Source: Actinobacteria bacterium UBA7524 (GTDB lineage Bacteria; Actinomycetota; Coriobacteriia; Anaerosomatales; UBA912). From it: a DNA stretch of 37,650 nt. A program made the translations under genes and the position numbers. How positions within the stretch are numbered: position 1 is the first letter of the stretch; each line of letters starts with the position of its first letter. This document shows positions 25,192 to 35,035 of the stretch, in pieces. The stretch spans positions 1 through 37,650 of the forward strand of contig DLMY01000044.1 in the NCBI GenBank assembly GCA_002478275.1, read 5' to 3'. The notes under the pieces are model-generated. The model was not told the origin of the DNA. It searched no databases and saw nothing but the letters and a program-made list of their open reading frames with translations.

Positions 25192-27273
25192 TCAGTCCCT
25201 CTCCTTCGAAAGACGCGGCCAGCCTATGCTGAGCCGCTCTAGTACTGGCTGTGCCATCACGAGCACGGATGGCATCAACATGATCACGACGAAGAAGCTC
25301 ACGACCGCTCCCCGGGCGATGAGCAGCGTCAGGTCGCTGATGGTGGAGACGCTCGAAAGGAACACCAGCCCGATCGTCGCGGCGAACATCGTGCTCGCGC
25401 TGACCAGGATGGACGGCCCGGCGCCGCCGAGCGCCTCGCGCATCGCACTCTCGCGGTCACCGGATCGAGTGAGTTCCTCCTCATAGCGGCCGGTAAGCAG
25501 GATCGCGTAGTCGACCGTGGCACCGAGCTGGATGGCGCCGATAGCGAGCGTCGCGATGAAGATGACCTCACCGGAGCTGAAGACGGCAAGGCCCTGGTTG
25601 AAGTAGATGGCAAGCTCGATGGCCGCCAGAAGGATGGCCGGCACGGCGAGCGAGCGGAACACGAGCGCCACGATGATCGCGATGGCGACGACCGACAGCG
25701 TGTTGACCCGCCCCACGTCGCCTTTGGACGTCTCCTCCAAGTCGTTGAACAGAACGCTTTGCCCAGTGACGTACGCGGTGCCCGGGTACTCTTGCGCGAC
25801 ATCGCACAGGTCGGCCATGACCTGATCGGTCCTGGGATCGGTGAAGCCGAACGAGACATCCGCGTTCAAGTACGTGTAGCCGGTCTTGAAGAAGTTCTCG
25901 CGGGCCTTCTCGGGGATGAACTCGGCAGGTATGAGCGGCGAGACCATGCTGACGTACGAGGTCACCTCGGTGACGCCCTCGATCTGTCCGACGGAGTCGG
26001 CCAACGCGTCGAGCTGCGCGATGCGCCCGGTGTCCTCGGCCACGATGAAGAAGCTCTGGGCGCGTCCGAACTCCTCGGAGAGTCTGTCCGAAGCGGTCAT
26101 GGACGGCAGGTCCTCGGGCAGGGCGCTGTCCAGGTTGTAGCTGAGTTCCACCTGGTTGTAGAGCCACAGCGAAGGCACGAACATCAGCGCGAACACGAGG
26201 GTCATCGGCTTGGCGTGGCGGGCGAGCCACCCGCCGAGACGGTGGAAGTCGGGCAGGCGGACCTTGTGGGCGAAGCGCCGGATCGGCGCGTCGAAGGTGA
26301 GAAGCAGCACCGGGAGGATGGTCAGGACGGCGATCACGGTGATGAAGACGCCGCGCGCGAGCGTCACGCCCATGTCCTCGCCGAAGCCCAGTCGCATCAC
26401 GATGAGCGCCAGGAAGCCGGCGATGGTCGTGAACGCCGCCGCCGAGATGGACTTGAACGTCGACGTGATCGCGGTGGCCATCGCCGACTCGTTGTCCGGA
26501 GCTTTGGCGCGTTCCTGTTCGTAGCGGTGGTACAGGAACAGCGCGTAGTCCATGGTCACAGCGAACTGGAGTGCGAGCACGATCACGCCGGTCAGGTACG
26601 AGACCTCCTGACCGATGTAGTACGACAGGCCCAGGTTGTAGACCACGGCCAGGCCGATGGTGACCACGAACAGCAGCGGCACGATCACCGAAGGGACCGT
26701 CAGAAGCAGCGCGATCGCGACGAGCAGAAGAGCCGCACCCGCCAGCACGCCCCGCTCGCGGTTGATGACGTCTTCGAGCTCGAGCTGCTGGATGCCTGCG
26801 ATGTGATACTCGGCATCGCCGAGGATATCCCGCATCTGTTCGACGGCCGCTCGCGTGGACGGGTCGTTCGCCGAGCCCGTGAAGTTGACCTGGAAGAACG
26901 TCGAGTCATCGGAGTAGAAGGAGTCCGCCAGGTCGGTCTCCCAGAACTCGCGGACCACGGTGAACTCCCCGAAATCGTCCACCCAACCGACCTGGTCCAC
27001 GCCCTCCACGGCCTCGATGCGCTCGACGATGTCGGCGACCTCACGGTCGGGCATCCCGGTCACCAGCACCTGGGCCGAGTTGCCGAGACGGAACTCCTCG
27101 GTAAGCAGATTGAAGCCTTTGACCGAATCGAGGTCATCCGGGACATAGGAGAGCATGTCGTAGTTGATGCTCGCGTTCAGCAGACCCCAGACTCCGAACA
27201 CGAGCAACAGCGCGGCTATACCGAGCACGCCGCGACGGTTACGGACAACGAGCCGGGCGAACCGCTTCAGCAT
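25192..27273 (-). CDS. MMPL / RND-superfamily transporter
   Basis: INYDMLSYVP, LQFAVTMDYALFLYHRY, IQLGATVDYAILL..RY; two TM clusters with extracytoplasmic loops. Confidence 0.92.
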   Translation of the reverse strand: MLKRFARLVVRNRRGVLGIAALLLVFGVWGLLNASINYDMLSYVPDDLDSVKGFNLLTEEFRLGNSAQVLVTGMPDREVADIVERIEAVEGVDQVGWVDDFGEFTVVREFWETDLADSFYSDDSTFFQVNFTGSANDPSTRAAVEQMRDILGDAEYHIAGIQQLELEDVINRERGVLAGAALLLVAIALLLTVPSVIVPLLFVVTIGLAVVYNLGLSYYIGQEVSYLTGVIVLALQFAVTMDYALFLYHRYEQERAKAPDNESAMATAITSTFKSISAAAFTTIAGFLALIVMRLGFGEDMGVTLARGVFITVIAVLTILPVLLLTFDAPIRRFAHKVRLPDFHRLGGWLARHAKPMTLVFALMFVPSLWLYNQVELSYNLDSALPEDLPSMTASDRLSEEFGRAQSFFIVAEDTGRIAQLDALADSVGQIEGVTEVTSYVSMVSPLIPAEFIPEKARENFFKTGYTYLNADVSFGFTDPRTDQVMADLCDVAQEYPGTAYVTGQSVLFNDLEETSKGDVGRVNTLSVVAIAIIVALVFRSLAVPAILLAAIELAIYFNQGLAVFSSGEVIFIATLAIGAIQLGATVDYAILLTGRYEEELTRSGDRESAMREALGGAGPSILVSASTMFAATIGLVFLSSVSTISDLTLLIARGAVVSFFVVIMLMPSVLVMAQPVLERLSIGWPRLSKERD

Positions 27274-27875
27274 CGGCACAACCCGTTCAGGAACAGGCGC
27301 GCGATGAACCCGGCAAGTTCGTCGGCGTCACTGGCGATACGCCCGGAGTACGGAGCGTCGAGCGCGCCCGCGACCACTCGTGTGTGCAGAAGCGCGAACA
27401 GCGACTCCGCGGCGGCGTATGGGTTGACCGGCTCGAACTCCCCCGCCTCGATGCCCGTCTCTATGACGTGCGCGATGGCCTCGACGCTTTCCGCGACACC
27501 GGCGAGCACCTCTGTGGCGAGCGCACCCTCCGGGTCGGTGAGCGGCCGCATCAGGATCCTCACCAGGTTCTGATGTGCGAGTGCGATCCGCACGCGAGTG
27601 TCGATGAAGGCCCGGAGACGGTCCGCAGCGGACCCGGCGCCCTCAAGCGTGTCTCGGGTGGGTGGCCCGAACAGGTCGCTCGCACGCTCGATCAGTGCCC
27701 GGAGCAGGGATTCCTTGTCCTTGAAGTGGTAGTAGATCAGCCCGGTCGACACACCGCTGGCGTGCGCGATGTCGGCGATGCTCGCGGCGTCGTAACCACG
27801 CCGCCCGAAGACCTCCTCGGCGCTCTCGAGTATGCGCTCGCGCGTGCTGGCGGCGGTGGTGTCGGTCGCGTCCAT
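27267..27875 (-). CDS. TetR/AcrR family regulator
   Basis: TRERILESAEEVF..RGY..ASIADIA..SGVS.GLIYYHFKDKESL. Confidence 0.95.
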   Translation of the reverse strand: MDATDTTAASTRERILESAEEVFGRRGYDAASIADIAHASGVSTGLIYYHFKDKESLLRALIERASDLFGPPTRDTLEGAGSAADRLRAFIDTRVRIALAHQNLVRILMRPLTDPEGALATEVLAGVAESVEAIAHVIETGIEAGEFEPVNPYAAAESLFALLHTRVVAGALDAPYSGRIASDADELAGFIARLFLNGLCRC

Positions 27876-27901
27876 CCGGGCTCCCAGGCAGGGCCGACTG
27901 C

Positions 27902-27923
27902 GCTGACTGAACGTTCAGTCAGC
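27902..27923. promoter_or_regulatory. TetR operator
   Basis: Perfect 22-bp palindrome GCTGACTGAACGTTCAGTCAGC just upstream of the tetR start; minus-strand TTGACG about 30 bp further upstream. Confidence 0.85.
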
Positions 27924-28127
27924 ATCATCGCGCTCGTCGCGCGCCCGCGTCAAGACCTTGTTGGTCCAACGCCGAACTGAGCGGAAGGTTGAGCCTATGA
28001 GCTTCTTCTTCACGCGTCTGGGGAATATCCCTCCTGTGGGGAACCAGCGCCGCCGGCGTATCTTGCGTCGTACATCCACAGTAGCGAGTCAATCGCTGTA
28101 TCAGCCGTCTACGATTCTGGTGATCGA

Positions 28128-30872
28128 TTGAGCGCCGACGACGACACTGCCCTGGATCAGGGGCTCACGACGACAGCTACCGGTATGCGCGGTGCTGGCT
28201 GGGATCTGACACTCGACGACCTCATCGACGTGCCCATGCTCCAATCGATGATGGATGACTTCTACAGACTCACACGCATCCCGATGTCGCTCATCGGACT
28301 CGACGGAACCGTCGTCGTCGGCGCGGGATGGCAAGAGGCATGTACACACTTCCATCGCGTGAACGCCGAGACATGCGCGGCCTGCATCGAGAGTGACACG
28401 CTTCTCACGGCGGGCATACCGCCCGGTGAGATGAAGCTCTACAAGTGCAAGAACGGCATGTGGGACGCAGCGACACCCATCCTCATCGGCGGTAGGCGCA
28501 TCGGCAACCTCTTCACCGGTCAGTTCTTCTTCGAAGACGAAGACATCGACGAGGAGTTCTTCCGCGATCAGGCGGACCGATGCGGATTCGACGAGCTCGA
28601 GTACCTCGCCGCGATAGGCTCCGTGCCGCAACTGAGTCGGGAAGCGGTCGAGACAGGTCTTGCTTTCCTGACCAAACTCTCGCACATGATCTCTCAGCTC
28701 GCCTTCAGCAACAGGGAGCGAGCGCTGGCCCAAACCCGCCTGCAGGCGACGCTTGACACACAGACCACCCTGACCGAAGTGCTGTCGACCGAGCACGAGA
28801 TCCTGCGAGCGGTCATGGAGAACACTGACACTGCCCTCGTGTACCTGGACTATGAGTTCAACTTCGTGGCGGTGAACTCCACGTATGCTAGCGGGTCGGG
28901 ACATGAAGTGAACGATCTGATAGGCAAGAACCACTTCGACCTGTTCCCGAACGAGGAGAACCAGGCCATCTTCGAGAGCTCGCGCGAGACCGGCCAGGCC
29001 GTGGAGTATCGCGCCAAGCCGTTCGAGTTCGCCGACCAACCGTGGCGAGGAGTGACGTACTGGGACTGGCGCCTCACGCCTGTGAAAGACCCTGACGGCG
29101 ACGTGCAGGGCTTCGCGTTCTCCCTGCTCGACGTCACACGGCCGGTTCGCCAACGGGCCTTCAGTGAGTCGATCAACCGACTCAACGAGATCATCCACTC
29201 GAATCTCGATTTCTCGGGCATCCTCAAGCAGGTCGTTCCCGAACTGGCCGAGGTGGTCGGCTGCGAGTTCGTTGGCGTCGCCCTGCAGTCCCCCGGACAT
29301 GAGTGGCGACTCTCTGAGGCTATCGGTCTACCCGATAGCCTCAGAGATCGGCAGTTCTCCGGCGGGCAGATCCCCGGAGCCGAGGAAGCGCTCGAACGTG
29401 GCCGTCCGATCATCCTCACGAGAGAGCAGGACGCTGCATTGACCGATGGTGTCCTCGGCGAACTCGGAGTCCAGTCGATGGCCGTCGTGCCACTGTCCGT
29501 TCCCGGCCAGCCTGCTGCGGTGGCGTATGGGTACCTTTCCGGACCCGGTGTGTTCGAGGACGATGTGATCGACTTCGCGACAAAGATCTCATCATCACTT
29601 TCCCTCGCACTCAGCAACTCACTTCTGTTCCACGACGCCATGCGATCGGCCCGCCTGTCAGGAACCCTAGCAAAGGTCGATGAGGCGTTACTGTCGGCAC
29701 TGACGCTCGACGACGTCGTGGCGAAACTCGTTGAGGAAGCCTCGAGAGCCGCCGGGGCTGACCGGGCTCTCGTCATCCGTGTGGACGGGCACTCCTACAC
29801 GATCACCCATGTGCGCGGGATCGCTGACGACCTGGTCGGCGTGTCACGCGAGGACTCCTTCTATCCGGCGTTCGCGATCGCCGCCACCGAACGCCAGCCC
29901 GTACTCGTCTCCGACACCTGGAACGACCCGCGCACGAACAAGGAATTCGTGGTGCCTAACAACCTGAGGGCGTTCCGACTACTCCCGCTGACTACCCAGG
30001 GGGAGGTGACCCACGTGCTCGCCTTGGTGAACGACGAGCCACGCCAATTCGACGATGCGGACCGGCAATCTGCTCAGCGAATGGCCGCTGCGATGTCGTT
30101 AGCGCTCACAAACGCTTACCTCTACGAGCGTGAACGCCGCATCGCCGATCAGCTTCAGGATGCTCTGCTGGCGCTCCCCGATGAGATTCCCGGAGTCGAG
30201 TTCTCACACGCCTATCACTCGGCGGCCGACGCAGCGCGTGTCGGTGGGGACTTCTACGACATCTTCGACCTGGGAGACTCTCTCATCGGCATCACGGTCG
30301 GCGACGTGGCCGGCAAGGGCCTGGACGCCGCCGTGCTCACCTCTCTCGCAAAGAACACCGTGCGGGCGCACGCAAGCGAGCGCGGCAAGACCCCGGCCCA
30401 GGTCCTGACGCTCACCAACGATGTCATCTACGGCGCGACGTCCCCAGAGTCGTTCATCACGCTGTTCTTCGGCGTGTTGGACTGCCGAAGCGGTCGACTC
30501 ACCTACGCGAACGCAGGCCACACCACAGCGATGGTGGTGTCTCCTGACGCGAAACCGGGCAGGCTCTCGGCCACAGGGACCCTTCTCGGGGCATTCGCAG
30601 GCGTCGAGTACTCCGAACTCGAAGTCGTGATCGAACCCCGTTCGCTGCTCTTCCTCTACACCGATGGTCTGACCGAGGCACGGGGTGGCAATGGCCTCTA
30701 CGGCGAAGACCGCCTGTCCGACTTCCTGGCGGCGGCGCATGTCAGCAACACGAGTCAACTGGTGGAAGACGTGGTCATCGAGGTGCTCTCCTATAGCGGC
30801 GGCACGCTCGGAGACGACCTCGCCATCCTGGCGGTGCAGCGCCTAGAGCCTGCCGGCGATGAGCTGAGCTGA
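28128..30872 (+). CDS. SpoIIE/PP2C phosphatase with PocR, PAS and two GAF sensor domains
   Basis: PocR: GWQEACTHFHR...C.ESD...YKCKNGMWD..TPI..G..IG.LF.GQF; PAS; two GAF-like blocks; PP2C VGGDFYD, GDVAGKG..AA, NAGH, LYTDGLTEA, DDLAIL. Confidence 0.92.
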   Translation: MSADDDTALDQGLTTTATGMRGAGWDLTLDDLIDVPMLQSMMDDFYRLTRIPMSLIGLDGTVVVGAGWQEACTHFHRVNAETCAACIESDTLLTAGIPPGEMKLYKCKNGMWDAATPILIGGRRIGNLFTGQFFFEDEDIDEEFFRDQADRCGFDELEYLAAIGSVPQLSREAVETGLAFLTKLSHMISQLAFSNRERALAQTRLQATLDTQTTLTEVLSTEHEILRAVMENTDTALVYLDYEFNFVAVNSTYASGSGHEVNDLIGKNHFDLFPNEENQAIFESSRETGQAVEYRAKPFEFADQPWRGVTYWDWRLTPVKDPDGDVQGFAFSLLDVTRPVRQRAFSESINRLNEIIHSNLDFSGILKQVVPELAEVVGCEFVGVALQSPGHEWRLSEAIGLPDSLRDRQFSGGQIPGAEEALERGRPIILTREQDAALTDGVLGELGVQSMAVVPLSVPGQPAAVAYGYLSGPGVFEDDVIDFATKISSSLSLALSNSLLFHDAMRSARLSGTLAKVDEALLSALTLDDVVAKLVEEASRAAGADRALVIRVDGHSYTITHVRGIADDLVGVSREDSFYPAFAIAATERQPVLVSDTWNDPRTNKEFVVPNNLRAFRLLPLTTQGEVTHVLALVNDEPRQFDDADRQSAQRMAAAMSLALTNAYLYERERRIADQLQDALLALPDEIPGVEFSHAYHSAADAARVGGDFYDIFDLGDSLIGITVGDVAGKGLDAAVLTSLAKNTVRAHASERGKTPAQVLTLTNDVIYGATSPESFITLFFGVLDCRSGRLTYANAGHTTAMVVSPDAKPGRLSATGTLLGAFAGVEYSELEVVIEPRSLLFLYTDGLTEARGGNGLYGEDRLSDFLAAAHVSNTSQLVEDVVIEVLSYSGGTLGDDLAILAVQRLEPAGDELS

Positions 30873-30925
30873 ACCTCGCGCCAAAGCGTGCGCTGCCTGA
30901 CCCGATGACACACCTGTGTGATGCG

Positions 30926-31522
30926 CTACTCGAAGAGTCGCATCTCCCGGGCCGTCGAGAGTATGTAGACGCGCGAGACCCCGGTGCCGAAGACCATGTA
31001 GCTCGTAGCACCGTCGGCTGCGAGAACCGCCTCACCGGGAGCGCCGTAGAGCTCCGACTCGGGATCCACAAGGTAGCCGATACTCCCGTAGAGCTTCGCG
31101 TCCAGCGGACCGAATGTGGCGCTGATGCCTGAGACCTCCGTCGGTCCATCACCGATATCGAACGAACCCTGCATCACCAAGAGACGAGAGTCGTCCAACG
31201 CGAACACGATACTCGAGCCATCGGGACCAAAGGCAGACTCTTCCGGCGCGAAGTCGAAATCTGGCGGAAGCTCAGAAGGTACGTAGAAGGTGTAGTTCAC
31301 CTGCGCTGCCGCTTGCGCCAGGAACTCGTCGTAATCCTCGGGCACGGCAGGGCGCTCGGCATCAGGGGTCTCTTCGGCAGACTCGATGGCAGGATCTGGT
31401 TCGGGCGCGGGAGTCTCGATCGGTCGCTCGGCGGGGGTCTCCTCGCCCCTGCTGCAGCCGGTAGCACCGAACAAGACAAGGGCTGCTGCCAGCACAAACA
31501 GCACAGTATGACGGATGTTCAT
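30926..31522 (-). CDS. Lipoprotein of unknown function
   Basis: Signal peptide with GATGC lipobox, Pro/Glu linker, YVPSELP..F motif; AGGGGG RBS. Confidence 0.75.
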   Translation of the reverse strand: MNIRHTVLFVLAAALVLFGATGCSRGEETPAERPIETPAPEPDPAIESAEETPDAERPAVPEDYDEFLAQAAAQVNYTFYVPSELPPDFDFAPEESAFGPDGSSIVFALDDSRLLVMQGSFDIGDGPTEVSGISATFGPLDAKLYGSIGYLVDPESELYGAPGEAVLAADGATSYMVFGTGVSRVYILSTAREMRLFE

Positions 31523-31582
31523 GATGATTCCCCCTGTGAGCGTACCGTTATCGCGGCTTCAGCTTCCTCCGCTGACTATACC

Positions 31583-31963
31583 TCACTCCGCAGGCTCCGA
31601 GTCTTGAGGCGGGGGCGGAGGGGCGTCTCCCGCCTCTGGCTTCCCCACGATGCGCTTCCCGAAAGCCACGGCCGCCTCACCGGCCTTGCGCGCAGCTTCA
31701 CCCGCACTCGCTGCCGCCTCCTTCGCGCTCGGTTCGGCTTCCTTCCATGCCTCTTTGATCACCGATCCCGCATCTTCAAGCACGTCACCGGCGTCCTCGG
31801 CGGCCTGTTTGAGAACGCTACCGGCCTCCTTGAGCGGATCGCGCTTAGGTTCGGTCTCGTAGACGTTGGACACGAACGAAGCGTCGTGGCCGTCGACGCA
31901 ACCGCCGTCCTCGGCAAGCCACGCGTTGCGGCCACACTGTGCACACCATCCGGCCTTCGGCAT
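31583..31963 (-). CDS. Small protein with CxxC..CxxGH Zn-ribbon-like N-terminus and Ala/Glu/Lys helical repeats
   Basis: AAGGAG RBS before ATG 31963; MPKAGWCAQCG..GGCVDGH. Confidence 0.7.
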   Translation of the reverse strand: MPKAGWCAQCGRNAWLAEDGGCVDGHDASFVSNVYETEPKRDPLKEAGSVLKQAAEDAGDVLEDAGSVIKEAWKEAEPSAKEAAASAGEAARKAGEAAVAFGKRIVGKPEAGDAPPPPPQDSEPAE

Positions 31964-32298
31964 CTTCACTCCTTCTCCACATGCGGCGACTACACTGAGG
32001 ACGGTACCCGAACAGACGTCCCGTCTCCCTGTCGACTCGGCACCGCGTTTGCATGGTGAGGCAAGGTTTCGTTCACATTCTGGTACGAGGCTGTTTCGAC
32101 CGCAACGGCACACTGCAACACGACCGTTCGGTGAGGTGGCCGCCGCGAGGCACGACCGCTCAGACCGTGCCCGCGACCGTAGGTCAGATATCGCTTTGAC
32201 CTGCGGATTGATGGTACGATACATAATTGGGTTCGTCTCGCTCCCTTTCTACCGAGGAGAGATTCGAATCCCGAAGGCGAAACAACGAGAGGCAGGGC

Positions 32299-33582
32299 AT
32301 GACCGGCAGGCGACTCACAGCGACTGCACGAAGAGGCGGGGCGCTCGCTCTGGTTTTCGTGATGCTCGCCGTCGGCCCGGTCTACGCGGAGCCGAGCACG
32401 CAGACCACACCCACACCCGCTCCCGCTCCCGCGCCGGCTCCTGCGCCCACACCGGAGACTCCTGCACCGGCAGACCAGGTCGACCCTATCCGCACACCTC
32501 CCTCAACCGACGAAAGCCTGCCGATCCGGGTACCGGTCGACCCTGAGACTCAACGGTTCCGCGAGGAACTCGCGCGCAAGCAGGCACTCCTCGATGAATT
32601 CCTCGCGCAACTCGACGAACTCGATCGCGAACTCGCGCTTGCCGCGGAGGCCTACAACGCAGCCGTCGACAAGCTCGCGATGACACGGCAGAAGGTCGAC
32701 CAGACCGAGCAGGACCTCGACGATGCGAAGCTCGCCTACGCCCAACAGATGGAGCTGCTCAACGACCGCGCCGCGGTCATCTACAAGAACGGCGCCTACA
32801 GCGCGATCGAGGTGATTCTGAGCTCTAAGTCGTTATCCGACTTCATCGCTCGCGTGAAGTTCCTGAACACCATGGGCATCGCGGATGCCGACATCGCCAA
32901 GTCCCTTAAGGCTCAACAGGAGTTCGTGCAGCAGGTCGCCGACGACCTGCAGGAATCCGAACGGAAGGCCGAGGCGCTCGAGTTCGAACTCAAGGCACGC
33001 CAGATCGAGGTCATGATACGGATCCAGGAACGCCAGGAGATGCTCGCCAACGCCCAGGCCGAGCTGCTCGAGCTACTCGACAGCGAAGCAGCCAGGCGAC
33101 AGCACGAGGAAGCGGCCTTGCTCCGCACCATCCTCTCCGACGCGGACCGTTCGGGCATCGCGATCGAGCCCGGCTCTCCGGTCGAGACGGCCTTCGCATA
33201 CTATGGCGTACCCTACCTCTGGGGCGGCGAGAGTCCCGCCGGATTCGACTGCTCCGGTTTGGTGCTCTACGTCTTCAAGCAGCATGGTGTGAACCTGCCG
33301 CACTACTCGGGCAGCCAGTTCCTACTCGGCGAGAAGGTCGCGCCGGCGGCCATACAGCCGGGTGATGTGGTGTTCTTCGGCTCTCCCGTCTATCACGTCG
33401 GTATCTACGTCGGTGGCGGGTACTTCATACACGCCCCCCGCACCGGGGACTTCGTCAAGATCTCGCCGCTGGCCACGCGCCGCGACTACGCAGGAGCACG
33501 ACGCTACAACTGGGTTACTCGCACAAGCCCTCCTGTGGGAGTGAGAGTCGACCCTACCGATCCACTGTCGAACCTGCGCTAG
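32299..33582 (+). CDS. Secreted NlpC/P60 peptidoglycan hydrolase with coiled-coil (CwlO/PcsB-like)
   Basis: Signal peptide, Pro-Ala linker, long coiled coil, GVPYLWGG.SP.GFDCSGL, PGDVVFFG...HVGIYVG.G.FIHAP. Confidence 0.95.
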   Translation: MTGRRLTATARRGGALALVFVMLAVGPVYAEPSTQTTPTPAPAPAPAPAPTPETPAPADQVDPIRTPPSTDESLPIRVPVDPETQRFREELARKQALLDEFLAQLDELDRELALAAEAYNAAVDKLAMTRQKVDQTEQDLDDAKLAYAQQMELLNDRAAVIYKNGAYSAIEVILSSKSLSDFIARVKFLNTMGIADADIAKSLKAQQEFVQQVADDLQESERKAEALEFELKARQIEVMIRIQERQEMLANAQAELLELLDSEAARRQHEEAALLRTILSDADRSGIAIEPGSPVETAFAYYGVPYLWGGESPAGFDCSGLVLYVFKQHGVNLPHYSGSQFLLGEKVAPAAIQPGDVVFFGSPVYHVGIYVGGGYFIHAPRTGDFVKISPLATRRDYAGARRYNWVTRTSPPVGVRVDPTDPLSNLR

Positions 33583-33589
33583 GAGCCGA

Positions 33590-35035
33590 ATGAGGGGCTG
33601 CATATCCGCGGCGCTCGACGCCGCAACGCTCGCCGGGGCAAGCTACGTGGATGCTCGGATCGTCGATACGCGCTCCGAGAGCATCTCCATCGCCAACGGC
33701 CGCATCGAAGGTGTCGAGTCTTCGGCCTCCTTCGGCCTCGGAGTCCGCGTCATCGCCAACGGGTCTTGGGGCTTCGCTGCATCTGCAACGGTCACCGAGG
33801 CTGAAGCGGTACACGTGGCCCGCCAGGCAGTCGCTATCGCCAAGGCCTCCGCCCTGTGCCCCGGCTCAAAGCCCGTCACGCTTGCCCCGCTCGACCCGGT
33901 CGAAGCCCAGTGGGCGGGGCTGTGTGAGATCGATCCATTCGACGTACCGCTTGCCGACAAGCTCGAATTGCTGTCCTCGGCGGAGGAGGGACTTCGCAGT
34001 GAACCTGCAGTCAAGCTCACCAAGGCCGACCTCGGATTCCAACGCACGCGCAAGGTCTTCGGCTCCAGTGAAGGTGCGTTCATCGAGCAGCAGCATGTCG
34101 AATCCGGAGCAGGGCTGACCGCGTGGGTCATCGCCGATGGTGAAGTGCTGTCGCGCTCGTATCCGAACTCACATGGGGGGAACTGGATCCAGGCCGGGTG
34201 GGAGGCGATCGAACGTCTGGACCTTACAGGAAACGCGCCTCGTGTCGCAGCCGAGGCCGCTGCACTCCTTACCGCCGAACCGTGCCCGACGGGCACGTAC
34301 GACATCATCATCGGCTCGAGCCAGCTCGCACTCCAGGTACACGAATCGATCGGGCATCCCACCGAGCTCGATCGCGTGCTCGGGGACGAAGCCGCGTTCG
34401 CGGGAACCTCGTTCCTGGGCCTTGGCGACATAGGCGCTCTGCGCTACGGTTCGTCGCATGTCACGGTCACTGCGGATGCGACCGTGCCTGGCTCGATCGG
34501 AAGCTTCGGCTACGACGACGAGGGAGTTCCCGCGCAGCGAGACCACCTCATCATGAACGGGCTGTTCACCGGATTCCTCACCTCGCGTGAGTCCGCGCCC
34601 GAGATCGATCGCACCAGCAATGGATGCATGCGGGCAGACGGGTGGAACCGCATCCCGCTGATCCGCATGACCACCGTCTCCCTCGAGCCCGGGGATTGGG
34701 AGCTTGACGACCTGATCGCGGACACCGACCGGGGGATCCTCTTCGACACGAACAGCTCCTGGTCCATCGACGACAGGCGCCTCAACTTCCAGTTCGCGTG
34801 TGAGACCGGCTGGCTGATAGAGAACGGCGCGCTCACCAAGATGCTCAAGAACCCCAACTACACCGGGATCACGCCGCAGTTCTGGAACTCCTGCGACGCC
34901 GTGTGTTCGGACAGACACTGGCAGGTCTGGGGCATCCCGAACTGCGGCAAAGGCGAGCCGATGCAGGTGGCACACGTCGCCCATGGCGCCGCTCCGGCGA
35001 GGTTCCGCGGAGTAGAGGTAGGTGTCGGGCGATGA
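33590..35035 (+). CDS. tldD: TldD metalloprotease subunit
   Basis: GLGVRV...GSWGFA, HESIGHPTELDR (HExxGH), GS.GYDDEG, PLIRMT, CGKGEP. Confidence 0.93.
   Translation: MRGCISAALDAATLAGASYVDARIVDTRSESISIANGRIEGVESSASFGLGVRVIANGSWGFAASATVTEAEAVHVARQAVAIAKASALCPGSKPVTLAPLDPVEAQWAGLCEIDPFDVPLADKLELLSSAEEGLRSEPAVKLTKADLGFQRTRKVFGSSEGAFIEQQHVESGAGLTAWVIADGEVLSRSYPNSHGGNWIQAGWEAIERLDLTGNAPRVAAEAAALLTAEPCPTGTYDIIIGSSQLALQVHESIGHPTELDRVLGDEAAFAGTSFLGLGDIGALRYGSSHVTVTADATVPGSIGSFGYDDEGVPAQRDHLIMNGLFTGFLTSRESAPEIDRTSNGCMRADGWNRIPLIRMTTVSLEPGDWELDDLIADTDRGILFDTNSSWSIDDRRLNFQFACETGWLIENGALTKMLKNPNYTGITPQFWNSCDAVCSDRHWQVWGIPNCGKGEPMQVAHVAHGAAPARFRGVEVGVGR

Noticed and set aside
32225..32298. c-di-AMP (ydaO) riboswitch expected upstream of an actinobacterial NlpC/P60 gene
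   Set aside because: Leader is too short and lacks the GCUGAAUCC / GGGGGA-CCCA consensus blocks
32408..32470. Short CCCGCT-type tandem repeats
   Set aside because: Simply encode the Pro-Ala/Thr linker of the hydrolase
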